Positions 62,873 through 64,000 of a stretch of 64,000 nucleotides of DNA are shown piece after piece (the stretch's first letter is position 1; each line of letters starts with the position of its first letter). The DNA comes from Pavona decussata (lineage: Eukaryota), in NCBI GenBank assembly GCA_977016875.1, contig CDRNST010000054.1, positions 1,612,001 through 1,676,000 of the forward strand, in the 5' to 3' direction. Below the pieces are notes generated by a model that did no database searches, was not told the origin of the DNA, and saw nothing but the letters and a program-made list of their open reading frames with translations. The position numbers and the translations under genes are program-made.

Positions 62873-63364
62873 GTAATTGCATTTTATGCTTTGTTTTCCA
62901 TTGTTATGATGCACTAGGTATCCGGTAACATTTTATTTTTTTCTCTCTTTTTTTTTATTCTGTTTTATTAAATTTAATCGTTAGAGCCCGTTGAAGCTGA
63001 TCTTTTGTTTGCTATTAGGTCACGAGTTGTAAGTAGATTCGAGACTTAAATGGCTTTAGTCATTAAGAAATGCAAATTTAGTAAGTAGACTCTGGTTGGC
63101 CAAAAATACAGCCATCACGCAGTTCTAACAACACCTCGCCGGACTGACTAACCGAAAAAAAAAATATTACCACAGCAATGAACAAACAACAGAAACAATG
63201 AACCCCAGCTGAAACAATAGAGCTACATGGTATACAGGTCCAGAAGTTGGTGCACGAAGGCAGGATAATCGACTTGAATGTATTTTTATGGAAACCGAAT
63301 GTTAAAACCAGCGGAGTAAACTCATGTTTACACACGGTCATTTTGTCCGGTACCCAGCCCTTTA

Positions 63365-63600
63365 TTAAGGACGGTGCCTACTAATACCGAAGTATTTTTG
63401 TGCGGTTAATGACTATGTGGGAAAAGCAGACCTTAGCAAGGGCTATTGGAATCCAAAAAGAAAATTGGGAGTAACCACGCATTTTTCAGAGATAATTGAG
63501 CAACAATATATCTAAAAAGCGCCAAAATATAGAGAAATGTATGGCAGTTTTTCCTAAATTGAATTCATTTCTTGAAATGTTTTAGAATACTAAAGTCTTT
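63365..63600 (+). repeat. Dispersed repeat beginning TTAAGGACGGTGCCTACTAA (decayed homolog at ~27240-27400)
   Basis: Shared cttagcaagg...aatccaa.aagaaaattgg...taaccac...tttttcagag. Confidence 0.6.
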
Positions 63601-64000
63601 GTCAAGAGACGAATCTCATTGAATTAACTTACTCCACTGAATTCTCTCTTTGCTTTAAGCGATACTTCTCTAGTAACGGTCTGCTGTTGGGAAAATCTAA
63701 ACAGTTTTCGTAACTTAGGCTGGAATCAGTGGAAGATAAATGTCGATGGTCGAGTAAAATCGTTTTCTGCAAACAATTTTGTTGACGGTTTTTCAAAAAG
63801 AGGATAACGTTATCCAGTGAAAAAGTCACTATTTCGAAGGATAAAGTTATCCACTCTTTGAACAACCGGGGGCCATGCCGTATACTAGGTTGTCATGGTA
63901 ATCTTGTGTCTCCTGCTCAGTTGTTGTCCCCAGTTGTGCCTTTCGGTCTTGCTTAAAAAAAGGAAAGTGTTGATCCTGCTGTTTCCAGAACCATGAGTTT

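Overview
AT-rich eukaryotic (animal) genomic DNA, most likely an anthozoan such as a stony coral; this is inferred from the domain repertoire and repeat types, not proven. The whole 64 kb lies inside one very large + strand multi-exon gene whose start and stop are outside the window. I can trace about 54 GT-AG exons (roughly 4,000 aa) in this order: VWA x3, thyroglobulin type-1 x8, WAP, VWA, [PT linker + follistatin/Kazal + VWA] x2, a ~1.78-kb tandem array of six near-identical [PT + VWA] units, a ~3.7-kb duplication of [PT + VWA] x2, a VWA with a dead first exon, and PT + VWA. Every module has phase-1 borders and every VWA is split by a phase-0 intron, so modules can be duplicated, skipped or swapped in frame. 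Highlights are: (i) a VWA subfamily in which MIDAS ligands are replaced by a co-varying Cys pair; (ii) paralogous canonical VWAs that differ mainly in MIDAS-face loops; (iii) mosaic, concerted evolution of the array; (iv) two splice/coding lesions bracketed by inverted copies of a Crypton-type tyrosine-recombinase element; (v) a cluster of Crypton relics with terminal hairpins and a filled/empty insertion site; and (vi) a Polinton/adintovirus-like pPolB fossil. All coordinates were read by eye and no database searches were run.
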